Positions 1-10,611 of a stretch of 64,000 nt of DNA are shown piece after piece; within the stretch, counting starts at the first letter, position 1; each line of letters opens with the position of its first letter. The notes below the pieces were generated by a model. That model saw only the letters and a list, made by a program, of their open reading frames with translations, searched no databases and was not told where the DNA came from. The stretch is from Spirochaetia bacterium (GTDB lineage Bacteria; Spirochaetota; Spirochaetia; SZUA-6; Bin103), in NCBI GenBank assembly GCA_965203515.1, contig OZ241907.1, forward strand, positions 2,208,001 through 2,272,000, written 5' to 3'. A program made the translations under genes and the position numbers.

Positions 1-676
1 CCGGCTCCTCGAACCAGAACACGTCGAACTCCTCGACGCGCCGCGCGAAGTCGATCGCCTGGTAGGCGAGGTAGGCGTTGTTGGCATCGACCAGCAGGGA
101 GATGTCCGGGCCGATCGCCTCGCGCACCACCCGGACGCGCTCGACGTCCTCCGGGATCGGCACGGCGCCGACCTTCATCTTCACCGCCCGGGCGCCGAGC
201 TTGAGGTTCTCCTCCATCTCCTGGGCCAGCTCGCGCAGCCCCTTGCCTTCCTCGTAGTAGCCGCCGGCGACGTAGGCGGGGATGCGGTCGCGATAGCCGC
301 CGAGCAGCCGGTGGATCGAGCGGCCGGTCGCCTTGCCGATCAGGTCCCACAACGCGATATCGAGCGCGCTGATCACCTGGGTCGACATGCCCCGGCGGCC
401 GACGATCTTGGGCTCCCACATGGCGTCCCAGAGCCGGCGGTAGGTAAACGGATCGCTGCCGACGAGCGCATTCTTGAAGTGCCCGACCAGCGCCTCGGCG
501 ATGGCGCCCGGGCGGCCGGCGGCGGTGCCGCCGGTCCAACCCACGCCGGTGATGCCCTCGTCGGTGTGAATCAACACCGGCGTGAAGGTCACGTCGGTGT
601 AGGTATACTTGCCGTTGCTGATCGGCACGGGACGCGGCCATGCGTAGCAGCGCACCTCGACATCGGTGATTTTCAT
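1..676 (-). CDS. Mandelate racemase/muconate lactonizing enzyme (enolase superfamily), 3' end outside window
   Basis: Hand translation from ATG at 676: MKITDVEVRCYAWPRPVPISNGKYTYTDVTFTPVLIHTDEGITGVG...ISALDIALWDLIGKA...AVKMKVG...LLVDANN...WFEEP; AGGAG upstream. Not in ORF track. Confidence 0.9.
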   Translation of the reverse strand, partial: MKITDVEVRCYAWPRPVPISNGKYTYTDVTFTPVLIHTDEGITGVGWTGGTAAGRPGAIAEALVGHFKNALVGSDPFTYRRLWDAMWEPKIVGRRGMSTQVISALDIALWDLIGKATGRSIHRLLGGYRDRIPAYVAGGYYEEGKGLRELAQEMEENLKLGARAVKMKVGAVPIPEDVERVRVVREAIGPDISLLVDANNAYLAYQAIDFARRVEEFDVFWFEEP

Positions 677-740
677 ACGATCTGCTCCCCCTCCTAGATT
701 TTCGGCACAGCGCATTCGAGCCGTGACCCGTCCACGAAGT

Positions 741-770
741 TTGACAATCGGAGCGGCCGGTCGCTACCGT
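741..770 (+). promoter_or_regulatory. Putative sigma70 promoter (TTGACA-18nt-TACCGT) just upstream of the fadD-like gene
   Basis: Perfect -35 at 741-746; -10-like hexamer 765-770, 8 nt before ATG 779. Confidence 0.55.
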
Positions 771-778
771 CCGCCTCG

Positions 779-2701
779 ATGCCGTCCGCCTCGATGGTCG
801 CGGCTGCAGCCGAGGATACGATTCCCAAGCTGTTCGCGCGCGTCTGCCGCGACCACGGCCTGACCACGGCGCAACTCAGCAAGGACGCGCGGGGCCGGTT
901 TCAAACCACATCCTACTCGGAGCTGTACGCCGAGGTCGGCGACCTCGCCGCCGGCCTGCATGAGCTGGGCGTGCGCGGCGGCGACCGCGTCGGCCTGCTG
1001 GCCGACAACCGCAGAGAATGGCTGGTCGCCGACCTGGCGATCCTGGGCCTCGGCGCCGCCGACGTGCCGCGCGGTGCAGACAGCACGGCCGAGGAGTTCC
1101 GCTTCATCCTGGCGCAGGTCGAGGCGGAGACGTGCCTGGTGGAGGACGGCGCGCAGCTCGACAAGGTCCTGTCGGTGCGCGCCGACCTGCCGCATCTGCG
1201 GACCATCGTCGTGATCGACCCGGACGCCCTGCCGCGTGACGAGCTCGACGGCGTATCGGTGATTCCCTACGCGCACGTACTCCGCGCCGGCCGCGCCGTG
1301 ACCGAACTGCAGCCCGATTTCTACCGGCGGCGCTGCGCGCAGGGCGCCGCCGGCGACGTCGCCACCATCATCTTCACGTCCGGGACGACGGGCGAGCCCA
1401 AGGGGGTGGTGCTGTCGCACCGCAACTTCGTGTTCCAGACCGGCTGCATCCCGGAGTTTCTGGCCATCGAGCCGGGCCAGATCTGGCTCAGCGTCCTGCC
1501 GGTGTGGCACTCGTTCGAGCGCATCTTCGAGTACTGCACCATCGCCAGCGCCACCACGCTGGCCTACTCCAAGCCGGTCGGCAGCGTCCTGATCGCCGAC
1601 ATGGCGGCGGTGCGCCCGCACTGGATGGCGTCGGTGCCGCGCATCTGGGACGCGGTGCGCTCGGCCGTGTACCGCAACGTCGAGCACGAAGGCGGCGTGA
1701 AGAAGGCGCTGTTCGACTTCTTCGTCGCCGCCGGCAACGCCCACACGCGGGCGCGCGCGCGCGTCCGGGGACTCGTCGCCCATCTGCAGCCCCGTTCGCG
1801 GCCGTCCGAGCTGCTGGGCGGTCTTGCGCCGTTCCTGATGCTCTATCCGCTCAAGGCGCTGGGGGACGCGCTGGTGTTCGGGAAGATCAAGGCGCGGCTC
1901 GGCGGCCGCTTCCGGGGCGCCATATCGGGCGGGGGCGCCTTGCCCGACTACGTGGACGAGTTCTTCGCCGCCGCCGGGGTGCTGCTGCTGAACGCGTACG
2001 GCCTGACGGAAACGGCGCCGGGGGTGGCGATCCGGCCGGAAACGGCGCCGGTTTCCGGGACCGTGGGACGGCTGCTGCCGGGCACCGGGCTGCGCATCGT
2101 CGACGACCAGGGCCGCACGCTGGGGCCGGGGCAGCTCGGCGTCGTGCACGTGCGCGGCCCGCAGGTGATGGACGGGTACTTCAAGCGGCCCGACCTGACG
2201 GAGGCGGTCCTGCGCGACGGCTGGCTCGACACCGGCGACCTGGGCATGACGACGATCGGCGGCGACCTGATCATCCGCGGCCGCGCCAAGGACACCATCG
2301 TCCTGCTGGGCGGCGAGAACGTGGAGCCGCTGCCGATCGAGGAGCGCGTGCAGGAGTCGCGGTACGTGGACCGCGCCGTGGTCGTAGGCCAGGATCAGCG
2401 CTCCCTCGGCGCGCTGGTCGTGCTGAACGAGGAGGCGGTCGCCGAGCACGCCGCGGCGGCCGGCGTGGACGGCGATCTGCGGGCGCTCGTCGAACACCCG
2501 CGCATCCGGGCGCTCATCCGGTCCGAGGTCAACGCCCGCGTCAACGGCGCCAACGGCTTCAAGCCGTTCGAGCGCGTCTCCCGCGTCCATCTGCTGCACC
2601 GCCCGTTCGAGGTCGGCCGCGAGCTGTCGCACAAGCAGGAGGTCAAACGCGCCGCCGTGGCCGAGCTGTACGCCGAGCAGATCGCGCGGCTGTTCGCCTG
2701 A
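779..2701 (+). CDS. fadD: Long-chain fatty acid-CoA ligase (AMP-binding)
   Basis: IIFTSGTTGEPKG, YGLTET, GWLDTGDLG and GRAKDTIVLLGGENVEP motifs. Confidence 0.9.
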   Translation: MPSASMVAAAAEDTIPKLFARVCRDHGLTTAQLSKDARGRFQTTSYSELYAEVGDLAAGLHELGVRGGDRVGLLADNRREWLVADLAILGLGAADVPRGADSTAEEFRFILAQVEAETCLVEDGAQLDKVLSVRADLPHLRTIVVIDPDALPRDELDGVSVIPYAHVLRAGRAVTELQPDFYRRRCAQGAAGDVATIIFTSGTTGEPKGVVLSHRNFVFQTGCIPEFLAIEPGQIWLSVLPVWHSFERIFEYCTIASATTLAYSKPVGSVLIADMAAVRPHWMASVPRIWDAVRSAVYRNVEHEGGVKKALFDFFVAAGNAHTRARARVRGLVAHLQPRSRPSELLGGLAPFLMLYPLKALGDALVFGKIKARLGGRFRGAISGGGALPDYVDEFFAAAGVLLLNAYGLTETAPGVAIRPETAPVSGTVGRLLPGTGLRIVDDQGRTLGPGQLGVVHVRGPQVMDGYFKRPDLTEAVLRDGWLDTGDLGMTTIGGDLIIRGRAKDTIVLLGGENVEPLPIEERVQESRYVDRAVVVGQDQRSLGALVVLNEEAVAEHAAAAGVDGDLRALVEHPRIRALIRSEVNARVNGANGFKPFERVSRVHLLHRPFEVGRELSHKQEVKRAAVAELYAEQIARLFA

Positions 2702-2719
2702 CCGCCATGCCGCCGGAGG

Positions 2720-3775
2720 CTAGCCAGCCTCCGTCGCTTCCAGCCCCAACTCGATCGCGCGGAGCTGCAGGCCGATCGCCGCGCGCGGGTCGACCGGCTC
2801 GACGCCGAAGCGCTGCAGGTCGCCGGCGACCGAGTCGCCGCGCTGCGCCCGCATCGTCAACGCCGGCAGCCGCGCGCGAAACGCCGCGTAGCCGCCCGCG
2901 CCGGCCGCCACGCGGAACAGCGGCGCCTCCGTTACCAGGCAGAGCGGCGCCTGCCGCCCCGGCGCCGTACGGGCGGCCTGCTCCATCGAGCTGTCGCGGA
3001 ACAGCGCGGCCGTCTCCGGGTCTCCGGCGGCCCGGAAGTGGGCGCGCATGGCCGCCCCGGTCGGGGTGGCGGCGAATCCCGCGCCCAGGTAGTGGAACCC
3101 CTTGTCGCCGCGGCGATCCTCGTCGTGCAGCCCGGCGCCGCAGGCGGCTGCCTGCCGAGCGAAGGCGCTCCTCAGCGACGCGGTGCGCGTTGCCCAGCCG
3201 CGCTCGATGAGGAGCGCGGCCCCCTCGGCGAAGGCCATGCCGTGCAGGCTGGCGTGCAGGCGCACGGGGGCCGCGCCGGCCAGGAACGCGGTCACCGCCG
3301 CGTTCTCCGGCCGCATCGCCGGGAACCCGAACTCCAAGTCGCGTCCCGGCGGCTCGCGCAGCGCGTGGCGCAGGAAGGCGGTGACCGACGGCCAGCGCTC
3401 GATCCACGGCCGGTTGGCCCGCTCGCCGTCCGGGTTCACGTGCGGGACCACCCACAGCCGCCAGCGCCGCAGCACCGTCTCAAGAGCCGGCTCGCGCCGG
3501 ACGGCGGCCTGCACCAGCAGGCGCAGGGTCTCCGGGCCGACCGGTTCGTCCGCGTGCGCGCCGCCGATCAGCGCGGCATGGCGGCGGCCGGCGCCGATGA
3601 CCGCGCCCAGGATCGGCCGACCCTGCTCGCTCAGCCCGATCGTCCGGGCGCCGGCCTGCCGGCCCGCCTCCGTCCGCCACTCCGCACTGGTCGTGAAGCG
3701 CCCGCGCCAGCGCGCCGCCAGGGTCGTAAGCGATGGGATTTCGCGCCGGGCGCGCCGCACATGTGTCAATGTCAT
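2720..3775 (-). CDS. M14-family zinc carboxypeptidase-like protein
   Basis: GAHADEPVG (HxxE), PHVNPDG, SLHG motifs. Confidence 0.75.
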   Translation of the reverse strand: MTLTHVRRARREIPSLTTLAARWRGRFTTSAEWRTEAGRQAGARTIGLSEQGRPILGAVIGAGRRHAALIGGAHADEPVGPETLRLLVQAAVRREPALETVLRRWRLWVVPHVNPDGERANRPWIERWPSVTAFLRHALREPPGRDLEFGFPAMRPENAAVTAFLAGAAPVRLHASLHGMAFAEGAALLIERGWATRTASLRSAFARQAAACGAGLHDEDRRGDKGFHYLGAGFAATPTGAAMRAHFRAAGDPETAALFRDSSMEQAARTAPGRQAPLCLVTEAPLFRVAAGAGGYAAFRARLPALTMRAQRGDSVAGDLQRFGVEPVDPRAAIGLQLRAIELGLEATEAG

Positions 3776-3786
3776 GGAGCTACGCG

Positions 3787-6720
3787 CTACGCGAGCAGTT
3801 CGTCAGCGGTATAGACGATCCGATAGCGGGCCGGCGACTCGCCGGCGCGTAGCGCCTTGAAGTGCGCCTTGCCGCACGCGACCTTGGCCCGTTCGGCGTT
3901 GCGGAGATCGTCCAGGAAGGCGCTGCCCTTGGTCTCGACGACCAGGTACAGCCGCTCGCCGGCCTCGTCCTCGATGAGCACCGCCCAGTCGGGAGTGTAG
4001 GGGCCGAGCGGGGTCGGAACCTGGAACCAGCGGGGCAGCTTCGCGTAGACCTTGACCGAGGTGAATCGCTCCAGCGACGCCGCGAAGGCGGCCTCGGTCT
4101 CGGAGTCGTACACGACGTGGTCGTACACCGACTTCCGCGTAGCGAGCGTGTTCTTGAGGTAGCCGATCAGCTCTTCATTGCGGAACAGTTCCTGGGCGAA
4201 GTAGTGCTCGCCGCCGAGCCGCTGGTACTTGATCCCTTCCACCAGCGCCAGGCGCTTGCGGCGGTTGATCGCCTCCGCCGCGGTCTCGATGAACCCGGTC
4301 GGGTTGTCGGCGAAGTCATCCAACCGCCCGCTGTCGGCCAGGATGCGGTAGAGGCTGCGCCGGGTCAGCCCGGTCCGGTCCTGCAGGTCGGTGAGCAGGT
4401 CCGGCAGCTCCACTTCCGCATCGTGCAGATACGCGGCGCCGGACTCGCGCACCGCTCCCGTCACGCCGCCGCGCCCGACGGCGACGGCGCCCCGCTGCCA
4501 GAGCAAGCGGGGCCGCGGAATCGGCGGCGCGCCGGCGAGTCCCTGCGCGCAGGCGGCGAGCAACGCCTCGTTGTCGAAGCGGACGCGAAAGGTGGTCTTG
4601 TGCTTGATGCGGTCCCACAGCGCCTGGAACCCGGCGCTGTTCAGCACCGCCTCGCGCGGCTTCACGCGGCGCCGTTCATTCGCCCGGTTGATCCTGATGC
4701 GGGCGGTGAATCGGCGTAGCGCCTGCAGCACGGCATCGCGTAGCGGCTCGAATTCGGCCGGCAGCGCCAGGCGTTCGTCGTCCAGCGCTTCCCGCAACGC
4801 ATCCTGAGCCTGCCCCGTGCGGTTCAAGTAGCCGTGCGCCGTCAAGTGATCCCACAGCCGCCGCGACTGCTCGACGCCGAGCTGTCCGATCGAAGCGAAC
4901 GCATGCGGCTCCACCAATCCGAAGCGGACGCCGGTTTCTTCCTCGATCTCCCGCTGCAGATTCTCGGCGAATTCCTCGTAGCTTTCGCGGGCGATGACCG
5001 TCAGGGTGTTGACCTCGAATCCGCGCTGGCGCTCGCCCTCCTGGTTGACGCACAGCCGCAGGCCGCGGCCGATGGTTTGCCGGCGTTCCCGTTCCGTGGT
5101 GATGTCGCGCAGGGCGCAGATCTGGAATACGTTGGGATTGTCCCACCCCTCGCGCAGCGCCGAGTGGGAGAAGATGAACTGCAGCGGCTCCGAAAAGCTG
5201 AGCAGCCGCTCCTTGTCGCGCATGATGAGCCGGTACGCGCGTTCGGCGTTGTCCCGGTTGGTCTGGTTGTTCTCGGCCGTGTCCGTCCAGCCGCCGCGGC
5301 GATCGATCGAAAAGTAGCCTTCGTGGACCCGTTCCGCGGCTTCGCGCGGGTCTGCGCCGGCGCCCGGCGCCCGGTACTCCGGGCGCTGCACGGCGCGCCG
5401 ATATTCTTCCTCGAACAGGCGCGCGTACTCGCCCTTGACCGGTCTGCCGTCGTCATCGTAGCGCCGATAGTGCGCTACCTGATCGATGAAGAACAGCGTG
5501 AGCACCTTGATGCCCTGCGGGCGCAGGCGAAGCTCCTTGTCCAGATGCTCGCGGATCGCCTGGCGGATCATCTCGCGATGCACCGCGCGCGGCTCCACGC
5601 CGCCATGGATTTCGCCGGGCACCATCCAGCGCTCCCGTTCCGGCAGCCGCAGCTCCAGGTACTCGTTGCCGCGTCCGACCCGGATTTCGCCGATGCGATG
5701 ATCCCGGTACACGGCGCGGCGCGTCTTCCGCTCCAACCGGTCGCCGTCGGTCACTACCAGCGTCCGCCGCCGCACGCCGCCGCTCGGCGTCGCCGCGTCG
5801 ACCTCGACCTGGGCGCTGATGATCCCCCGCTGCCGGCGCGTGGCCACCAGGCGGACGTAGGGCCGGTTGTGATCATCGGCGACCACGCCGGCCGCCACCT
5901 CGATCTGCTTGACCAGCTTGCGCTCGTAAGCATCTACCGCGTTGAGGCGGTAGACCATGTGGTAGCGGTCGGCGTGGGTTGCCGAATAGCGCAGCGTGCA
6001 CAGCGGATTCATCCGCTGCAGCGCCTGCTTCCCCTGCCCCTTCAAGCCGCCGTCCACGCTCTGCGGCTCGTCCACGATCAGCACCGGACTGGTGGCCCGC
6101 ACCAGGTCGACCGGCCTCTCGCCGCCGGTCTTTTCGTTCGGCTGGTAGATGTTGTTGACGCCGCGCTTGTTGATGGCGCCGACCGTCACCAGCATGATCT
6201 GCACCTGCGGGCTGGCGGCGAAGTTCCGCACCTGTCCCAGTCGCCCGGAGTCGTATACGAAGTGCTCGAACGGCGTTCCCGAATAGAGCGCGCGCAGATG
6301 CGGCCCCATGATCCGCAGCGACTTGTCGACGCCCTCCTTGATCGCTACGGAGGGCACGACGATGGCGAACTTCGTGAATCCGAACCGGTGGTTTAGCTCC
6401 AGAATGGTCCGCAGGAACACGTAGGTCTTGCCGGTGCCGGTCTCCATCTCCACCGTGAAGTCGCGGGACCGGAGCGTGTCCGCCGGCAACAGACCATTGC
6501 GCAATTGCACCTGTCGCAGGTTGGCCAACAGCGCCTCGTCCGGGAGCTGCAGCAGGTTGCCGACGCCGAGCTCTCCTGCCTGGAATCCCGGGAGCCGATC
6601 GCCGAGATCATGGGACACCGTGAACTCGGAGCGGCAGATCTCCTGCCCCTGGAACAGGTCGCAGACCGCCGCGATGGCGTCCTGTTGATAGTCCAGATCG
6701 GGCTCGAACCGCAGCCTCAT
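3787..6720 (-). CDS. res: Type III restriction enzyme Res subunit
   Basis: Probable start MRLRFEPDLDYQQDAI at 6720 (TGATG overlap with mod); METGTGKT, IVDEPQ, LREGWDNPNVFQIC, C-terminal PD...ETKG nuclease motif. Confidence 0.93.
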   Translation of the reverse strand: MRLRFEPDLDYQQDAIAAVCDLFQGQEICRSEFTVSHDLGDRLPGFQAGELGVGNLLQLPDEALLANLRQVQLRNGLLPADTLRSRDFTVEMETGTGKTYVFLRTILELNHRFGFTKFAIVVPSVAIKEGVDKSLRIMGPHLRALYSGTPFEHFVYDSGRLGQVRNFAASPQVQIMLVTVGAINKRGVNNIYQPNEKTGGERPVDLVRATSPVLIVDEPQSVDGGLKGQGKQALQRMNPLCTLRYSATHADRYHMVYRLNAVDAYERKLVKQIEVAAGVVADDHNRPYVRLVATRRQRGIISAQVEVDAATPSGGVRRRTLVVTDGDRLERKTRRAVYRDHRIGEIRVGRGNEYLELRLPERERWMVPGEIHGGVEPRAVHREMIRQAIREHLDKELRLRPQGIKVLTLFFIDQVAHYRRYDDDGRPVKGEYARLFEEEYRRAVQRPEYRAPGAGADPREAAERVHEGYFSIDRRGGWTDTAENNQTNRDNAERAYRLIMRDKERLLSFSEPLQFIFSHSALREGWDNPNVFQICALRDITTERERRQTIGRGLRLCVNQEGERQRGFEVNTLTVIARESYEEFAENLQREIEEETGVRFGLVEPHAFASIGQLGVEQSRRLWDHLTAHGYLNRTGQAQDALREALDDERLALPAEFEPLRDAVLQALRRFTARIRINRANERRRVKPREAVLNSAGFQALWDRIKHKTTFRVRFDNEALLAACAQGLAGAPPIPRPRLLWQRGAVAVGRGGVTGAVRESGAAYLHDAEVELPDLLTDLQDRTGLTRRSLYRILADSGRLDDFADNPTGFIETAAEAINRRKRLALVEGIKYQRLGGEHYFAQELFRNEELIGYLKNTLATRKSVYDHVVYDSETEAAFAASLERFTSVKVYAKLPRWFQVPTPLGPYTPDWAVLIEDEAGERLYLVVETKGSAFLDDLRNAERAKVACGKAHFKALRAGESPARYRIVYTADELLA

Positions 6721-8612
6721 CAAAGGCTCCGCACGTCCTTGAAGCCGTACTGCCGCAGTATCTCCGTCATGTTCGTCTTGCTCACGTCGTCCTTGAACGC
6801 GCTGTCGCGGAACACCACGGTCACGTCGTCCGCGGCGTCCATCTCGCCGCGCCACGCCGCGATGCCGAGGGCCAGCTCATCGACCTCGGATGCCGCTATC
6901 GATTCGGAGAGGCAGGTCACCAACTCGCCGCCGGCCACGACGGTGACCCGTTTGCCGGCGAACTCGCGGTGCGCGGCGGGAGCGCAGAGGTCGAAGCCGA
7001 ACTTGAGCAGCAGCTCGTAGAACAGGTCGTCCTCGCTGCGGTCCGGCTTGATGTGGTCGATATGGTCGAATACCGTCTGCCGCAGGTTGGTCCGATCCGG
7101 CTGCCAGGGCCGGACGTTGGAACTGTCCAGCCTGAACACGCGGAATCCGAGGTCCGCTCCCGTCAAACTCGATCCCAGCTTCAGCGACGCCCGGCGCAGC
7201 CGCTCCTTGGTCAGTTCCGAAATGGCGCAGGGTCTGCCGATCTCCTTCAGAAATTCGGCGGCGATCTCGTGGCCGTTGCGTTCCTCGTAAATCGGCTCGG
7301 GAAGCTGCACCAGCACGAACCGGCGGCTGCCGGCGTCCTCCAGATTCTGCTCCATTACGGCATGGCCGGTAGTGCCGGAGCCGGCGAAGAAGTCCAGCAC
7401 GAGGGCGTCCGGGTCGTTGGCGAGTTGCAGCAGATACCTGATCAGGCGGGTCGGCTTGGGCTGCGGGAACACCTTGTCGGCGCCCAGTACCGACCGCAGT
7501 TCTCTCGTTCCTTCCGCGTTGAATCCGACATCCTGCGGATCGAGGATGGTGTTGGGCGGCACGCCTTGCTGCACCTCGGCGAGGTAGCGCTTCGCCTTGG
7601 GTTCACCGTTGCCGAAGACTACCTCTCCCCGCCGGTCCATTCTTTCGAGTGTCTCGCGCGAGTATGCAGGGTATCTCCCCTTGGGAGGCTCCCAGACCAC
7701 TCCGTTGCGGAACGTGTGCCGGTACGGCTCATAGTAGTTGCGCGCGTGCAGGGGATCGAGCTTGTACTGGCCGCGCCCGTCGCCGTCGTCATGCGGATAG
7801 CTGGCGGACTTGTCCTGCGGTTGGCGAATGTACCGCTCCGGCGACTCGCCGAACCAGTCCTTGTTGCGCGCGTACACGAGCAGGTAGTCGGCGTGCTGAT
7901 TGAAGTCCTTGCTCGAATTGCGCACCGTGTGCATGGCCCGCCGGGTCAGGATGGCAAAGCGATTCTCCTCTCCCCAGATCTCGTCCATCACCTTCTGCAG
8001 GTTGGCGAGCTCCCCGTGGTCGATCGACACCGCGATGATGCCGTCTTCGCGCAGCAGGCTGCGGGCGGCCTTCAACCGCGGGTAGATCATGTTCAGCCAA
8101 TCGGTGTGGAACCGGCCGGAAGCGTCGGTGTTCGAAGCGAGTTTGTCGCCATTGTCGTCGAGTTGGCCGGTGAGCCGGAGGTAGTGCCTGATGCTGTCCT
8201 GATAGTTGTCCGGGTACACGAAGTCCTTGCCGGTGTTGTACGGCGGATCGACGTAGATCAGCTTCACCTTCCCGGTGTAACTCTTCTGCAGCAGCTTGAG
8301 CGCCTCCAGGTTGTCGCCTTCGATCATCAGGTTCCGCGTCGAATCCCAGGCGACGCTCTCCTCGGGGTGCGGGCGCAGCGTGCCGGTGCTCGGCGTCAGC
8401 GCCAGGCGGAGGGCTCTGCGCTTGCCGTTCCAGCTCAGCCGGTACTTCTCCTCGCCATCGTCGATGGCGCCGCCCAGCAGCTCACGCAGGGCATCGAAGT
8501 CCACCTTGCCGTCGGTGACCGCATCCGGGAACAAGCGGGTGAGTCGCGTGACGTTATCCGCCACCCCGTCGGGAGAACGGCTCTCCGGGTCTCTAGCGGT
8601 GATTCGCTTCAA
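6720..8612 (-). CDS. mod: Type III R-M Mod subunit (N6-adenine DNA methyltransferase)
   Basis: IEGDNLEALKLL, IYVDPPYNTG, FPQPKPTRLI, VLDFFAGSGTTG; coupled to res. Confidence 0.93.
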   Translation of the reverse strand: MKRITARDPESRSPDGVADNVTRLTRLFPDAVTDGKVDFDALRELLGGAIDDGEEKYRLSWNGKRRALRLALTPSTGTLRPHPEESVAWDSTRNLMIEGDNLEALKLLQKSYTGKVKLIYVDPPYNTGKDFVYPDNYQDSIRHYLRLTGQLDDNGDKLASNTDASGRFHTDWLNMIYPRLKAARSLLREDGIIAVSIDHGELANLQKVMDEIWGEENRFAILTRRAMHTVRNSSKDFNQHADYLLVYARNKDWFGESPERYIRQPQDKSASYPHDDGDGRGQYKLDPLHARNYYEPYRHTFRNGVVWEPPKGRYPAYSRETLERMDRRGEVVFGNGEPKAKRYLAEVQQGVPPNTILDPQDVGFNAEGTRELRSVLGADKVFPQPKPTRLIRYLLQLANDPDALVLDFFAGSGTTGHAVMEQNLEDAGSRRFVLVQLPEPIYEERNGHEIAAEFLKEIGRPCAISELTKERLRRASLKLGSSLTGADLGFRVFRLDSSNVRPWQPDRTNLRQTVFDHIDHIKPDRSEDDLFYELLLKFGFDLCAPAAHREFAGKRVTVVAGGELVTCLSESIAASEVDELALGIAAWRGEMDAADDVTVVFRDSAFKDDVSKTNMTEILRQYGFKDVRSL

Positions 8613-8650
8613 GGCCTAGTGGTCTCCGGTGAGATCAAACTCACATCGTA

Positions 8651-8678
8651 ATCCTACGTCACCGACGAAGCCTGTCAA
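8651..8678 (-). promoter_or_regulatory. Putative sigma70 promoter of mod-res (TTGACA-16nt-TAGGAT)
   Basis: Reverse complement of 8651-8678; GGAGA before TTG start 8612. Confidence 0.5.
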
Positions 8679-8841
8679 GGTTGCAGGCCCCGCGCGCCGT
8701 CGGCCACAGGATGTCGTACACCACGAGGGCGAAAGCTGGCGGAGGGGCGGCGGCGGAGCCGCTGCCGCCGGCGATTCGTGCCGATCGGCCTTGCGGTTGA
8801 AGCAGCGGACGAGCGCGTGCGAGCCGGGATCTGAACGGCAG

Positions 8842-8871
8842 TTGACAGAGGCGCACTCGATCGGTCATAAT
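8842..8871 (+). promoter_or_regulatory. Putative sigma70 promoter (TTGACA-18nt-CATAAT) for the DUF262 remnant / ATPase operon
   Basis: Near-consensus hexamers at 8842-8847 and 8866-8871. Confidence 0.6.
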
Positions 8872-8879
8872 GCAGGGAA

Positions 8880-8972
8880 ATGATGGAGACGAGTATCCTC
8901 ACTCCGAAAGAGCTATTCCAGAGAGATGTTCGCTATACGATTCCGCCGCTTCAGCGGCCCTATGTCTGGAAC
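8880..8972 (+). pseudogene. N-terminal remnant of a DUF262 (GmrS-like) protein
   Basis: METSILTPKELFQRDVRYTIPPLQRPYVWN matches the DUF262 IPxxQRxYxW motif; similarity stops after about 31 aa. Confidence 0.75.
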
Positions 8973-9133
8973 GGATTCGTGCCCGTAGCAGGCGATGGCG
9001 ATGTATGTCAGCATTATGGCCCGGTCCGGATTCTCGGAAATGGGATTGAGCATCCGCACCGTCATCTCTTCGTCACCGCTGTGGCGCTGGCGCCAGGGAC
9101 GGCAGTACCCGCGGCGAAGGGAAAACCCTGCTC

Positions 9134-10606
9134 GTGTTGACTCGACTGCAAGTCTCCGGTTTCAAGAATCTGGTCGACGTGGATCTGCGCCTTGGTTCGT
9201 TTACCTGCGTAGTCGGGCCAAATGGGGCCGGGAAGTCGAATCTGTTCGACGCGATTCGGTTTCTGAGCGCACTGGCCAATCGCACGCTCATGGAGGCCGC
9301 CATCTCGGTGCGCGATCAACACAGCCGCGCGACGCACGTGCGGGACCTCTTTCATCACGCAGGTTCTCACTATGCCGATCGTATTGCGTTCGCGGCGGAG
9401 ATGATCGTGCCGGGGAATGCGATCGATGACTTGGGGCAGGAGGCCAGGGCGAGCATCACCTTCTTGCGCTACTCCCTTGAGCTCGCGTACCGGGAGTCGA
9501 ATGACCATCCGGAGCGAGGTGCGCTCGAGATCGTCAAAGAGGAACTGGTCCACGTCGCGCAGCGGGACGCGCCCAAACACCTTCTGTTCCCCCATAGCGC
9601 AAAAGATTGGCGTAAGTCCGTAGTGTCAGGACGACGAGCTGCGCAATACTTCATTTCAACAGAAGGGGAAGGTGAAAGCAGAGTCATAAAGCTGCATCAG
9701 GATGGCGGCAGCAGCGGACGCCCGCTGCGGCGGCCGGCTGCCAATCTGCCACGCACCGTATTGTCGGTAGCCAACTCGGCGGAGAGCCCCACGGTACTGG
9801 TAGCGCGCCGGGAGATGGAGTCATGGCGGCTGGTGCAACTGGAACCGTCAGCGATGCGGCAGCCGGACGAGTTTGTTTCTCCTACCCATCTGGGAACCGA
9901 CGGGCGTCATCTGGCAGCCACGCTGTACCGCTTGGCGCGCAATTCCGGACCGGAGCGGCGCGACGGTAACCGCCCGTCCGTCACGGGAGTTCGAACGGAG
10001 CAAACCTATAGTCATATCGCCAACCGTTTAAGCGAACTCATCGACGACGTACATGGCATCTACGTCGATCTCGACGAAAAGCGAGAGCTCATGACGCTTT
10101 ACGTGAAGGACAGGGACGGTACGCCTCACCCTGCGCGAGCACTGTCCGACGGCACGCTGCGGTTCCTCGCGCTGTCCGTCTTGGAAAGCGATCCTGCCAT
10201 GCAAGGGGTTCTCTGTCTGGAAGAACCTGAGAACGGAATTCATCCCGCACGAATCTCCGCGGTTCTGGAGCTGCTGACTGACATAGCGGTCGACACTCAG
10301 GAGTCCGTCGGCGATGACAATCCGCTCCGGCAGGTGATCGTCAACACCCACTCGCCGGCAGTGTTTCAGCAGGTCACCGACGAGAGCGTCTTGTTCGTCA
10401 AGGAAACCGAGGAAATGGACAAGACGGGACGCCGCTTCAAACGAGCTCGATTTCTGTGTCTGTCGGGGACGTGGCGAGCAACGGAGAGCGAACACGCAGC
10501 GCGCGGCGATCTCCTCGCATACCTGAATCCGGTGGTGCCAGTGGCTCAGGCCTACCCGAAACGAGTCGTTGACAGGGATGACATGCAGCGACTGTTGTTC
10601 CACTAG
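9134..10606 (+). CDS. ABC/AAA_21-type ATPase (defence-associated)
   Basis: VSGFKNL, GPNGAGKSN Walker A, LSDGTLRFL signature, LEEPENGIHP Walker B, VNTHSP. Confidence 0.88.
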   Translation: MLTRLQVSGFKNLVDVDLRLGSFTCVVGPNGAGKSNLFDAIRFLSALANRTLMEAAISVRDQHSRATHVRDLFHHAGSHYADRIAFAAEMIVPGNAIDDLGQEARASITFLRYSLELAYRESNDHPERGALEIVKEELVHVAQRDAPKHLLFPHSAKDWRKSVVSGRRAAQYFISTEGEGESRVIKLHQDGGSSGRPLRRPAANLPRTVLSVANSAESPTVLVARREMESWRLVQLEPSAMRQPDEFVSPTHLGTDGRHLAATLYRLARNSGPERRDGNRPSVTGVRTEQTYSHIANRLSELIDDVHGIYVDLDEKRELMTLYVKDRDGTPHPARALSDGTLRFLALSVLESDPAMQGVLCLEEPENGIHPARISAVLELLTDIAVDTQESVGDDNPLRQVIVNTHSPAVFQQVTDESVLFVKETEEMDKTGRRFKRARFLCLSGTWRATESEHAARGDLLAYLNPVVPVAQAYPKRVVDRDDMQRLLFH

Positions 10607-10611
10607 CTCCT

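Noticed and set aside
6721..6855. N-terminal extensions in the ORF track for res (and for MMPL 11711, LolA-like 13432, AAA 48089, acylase 52858, mtaB 52578)
   Set aside because: They overlap neighbouring genes; downstream starts have SD or coupling signals and family-typical N-termini.
6720..8612. Phase-variable simple repeats in mod (phasevarion)
   Set aside because: No simple sequence repeat tract seen in or upstream of mod.
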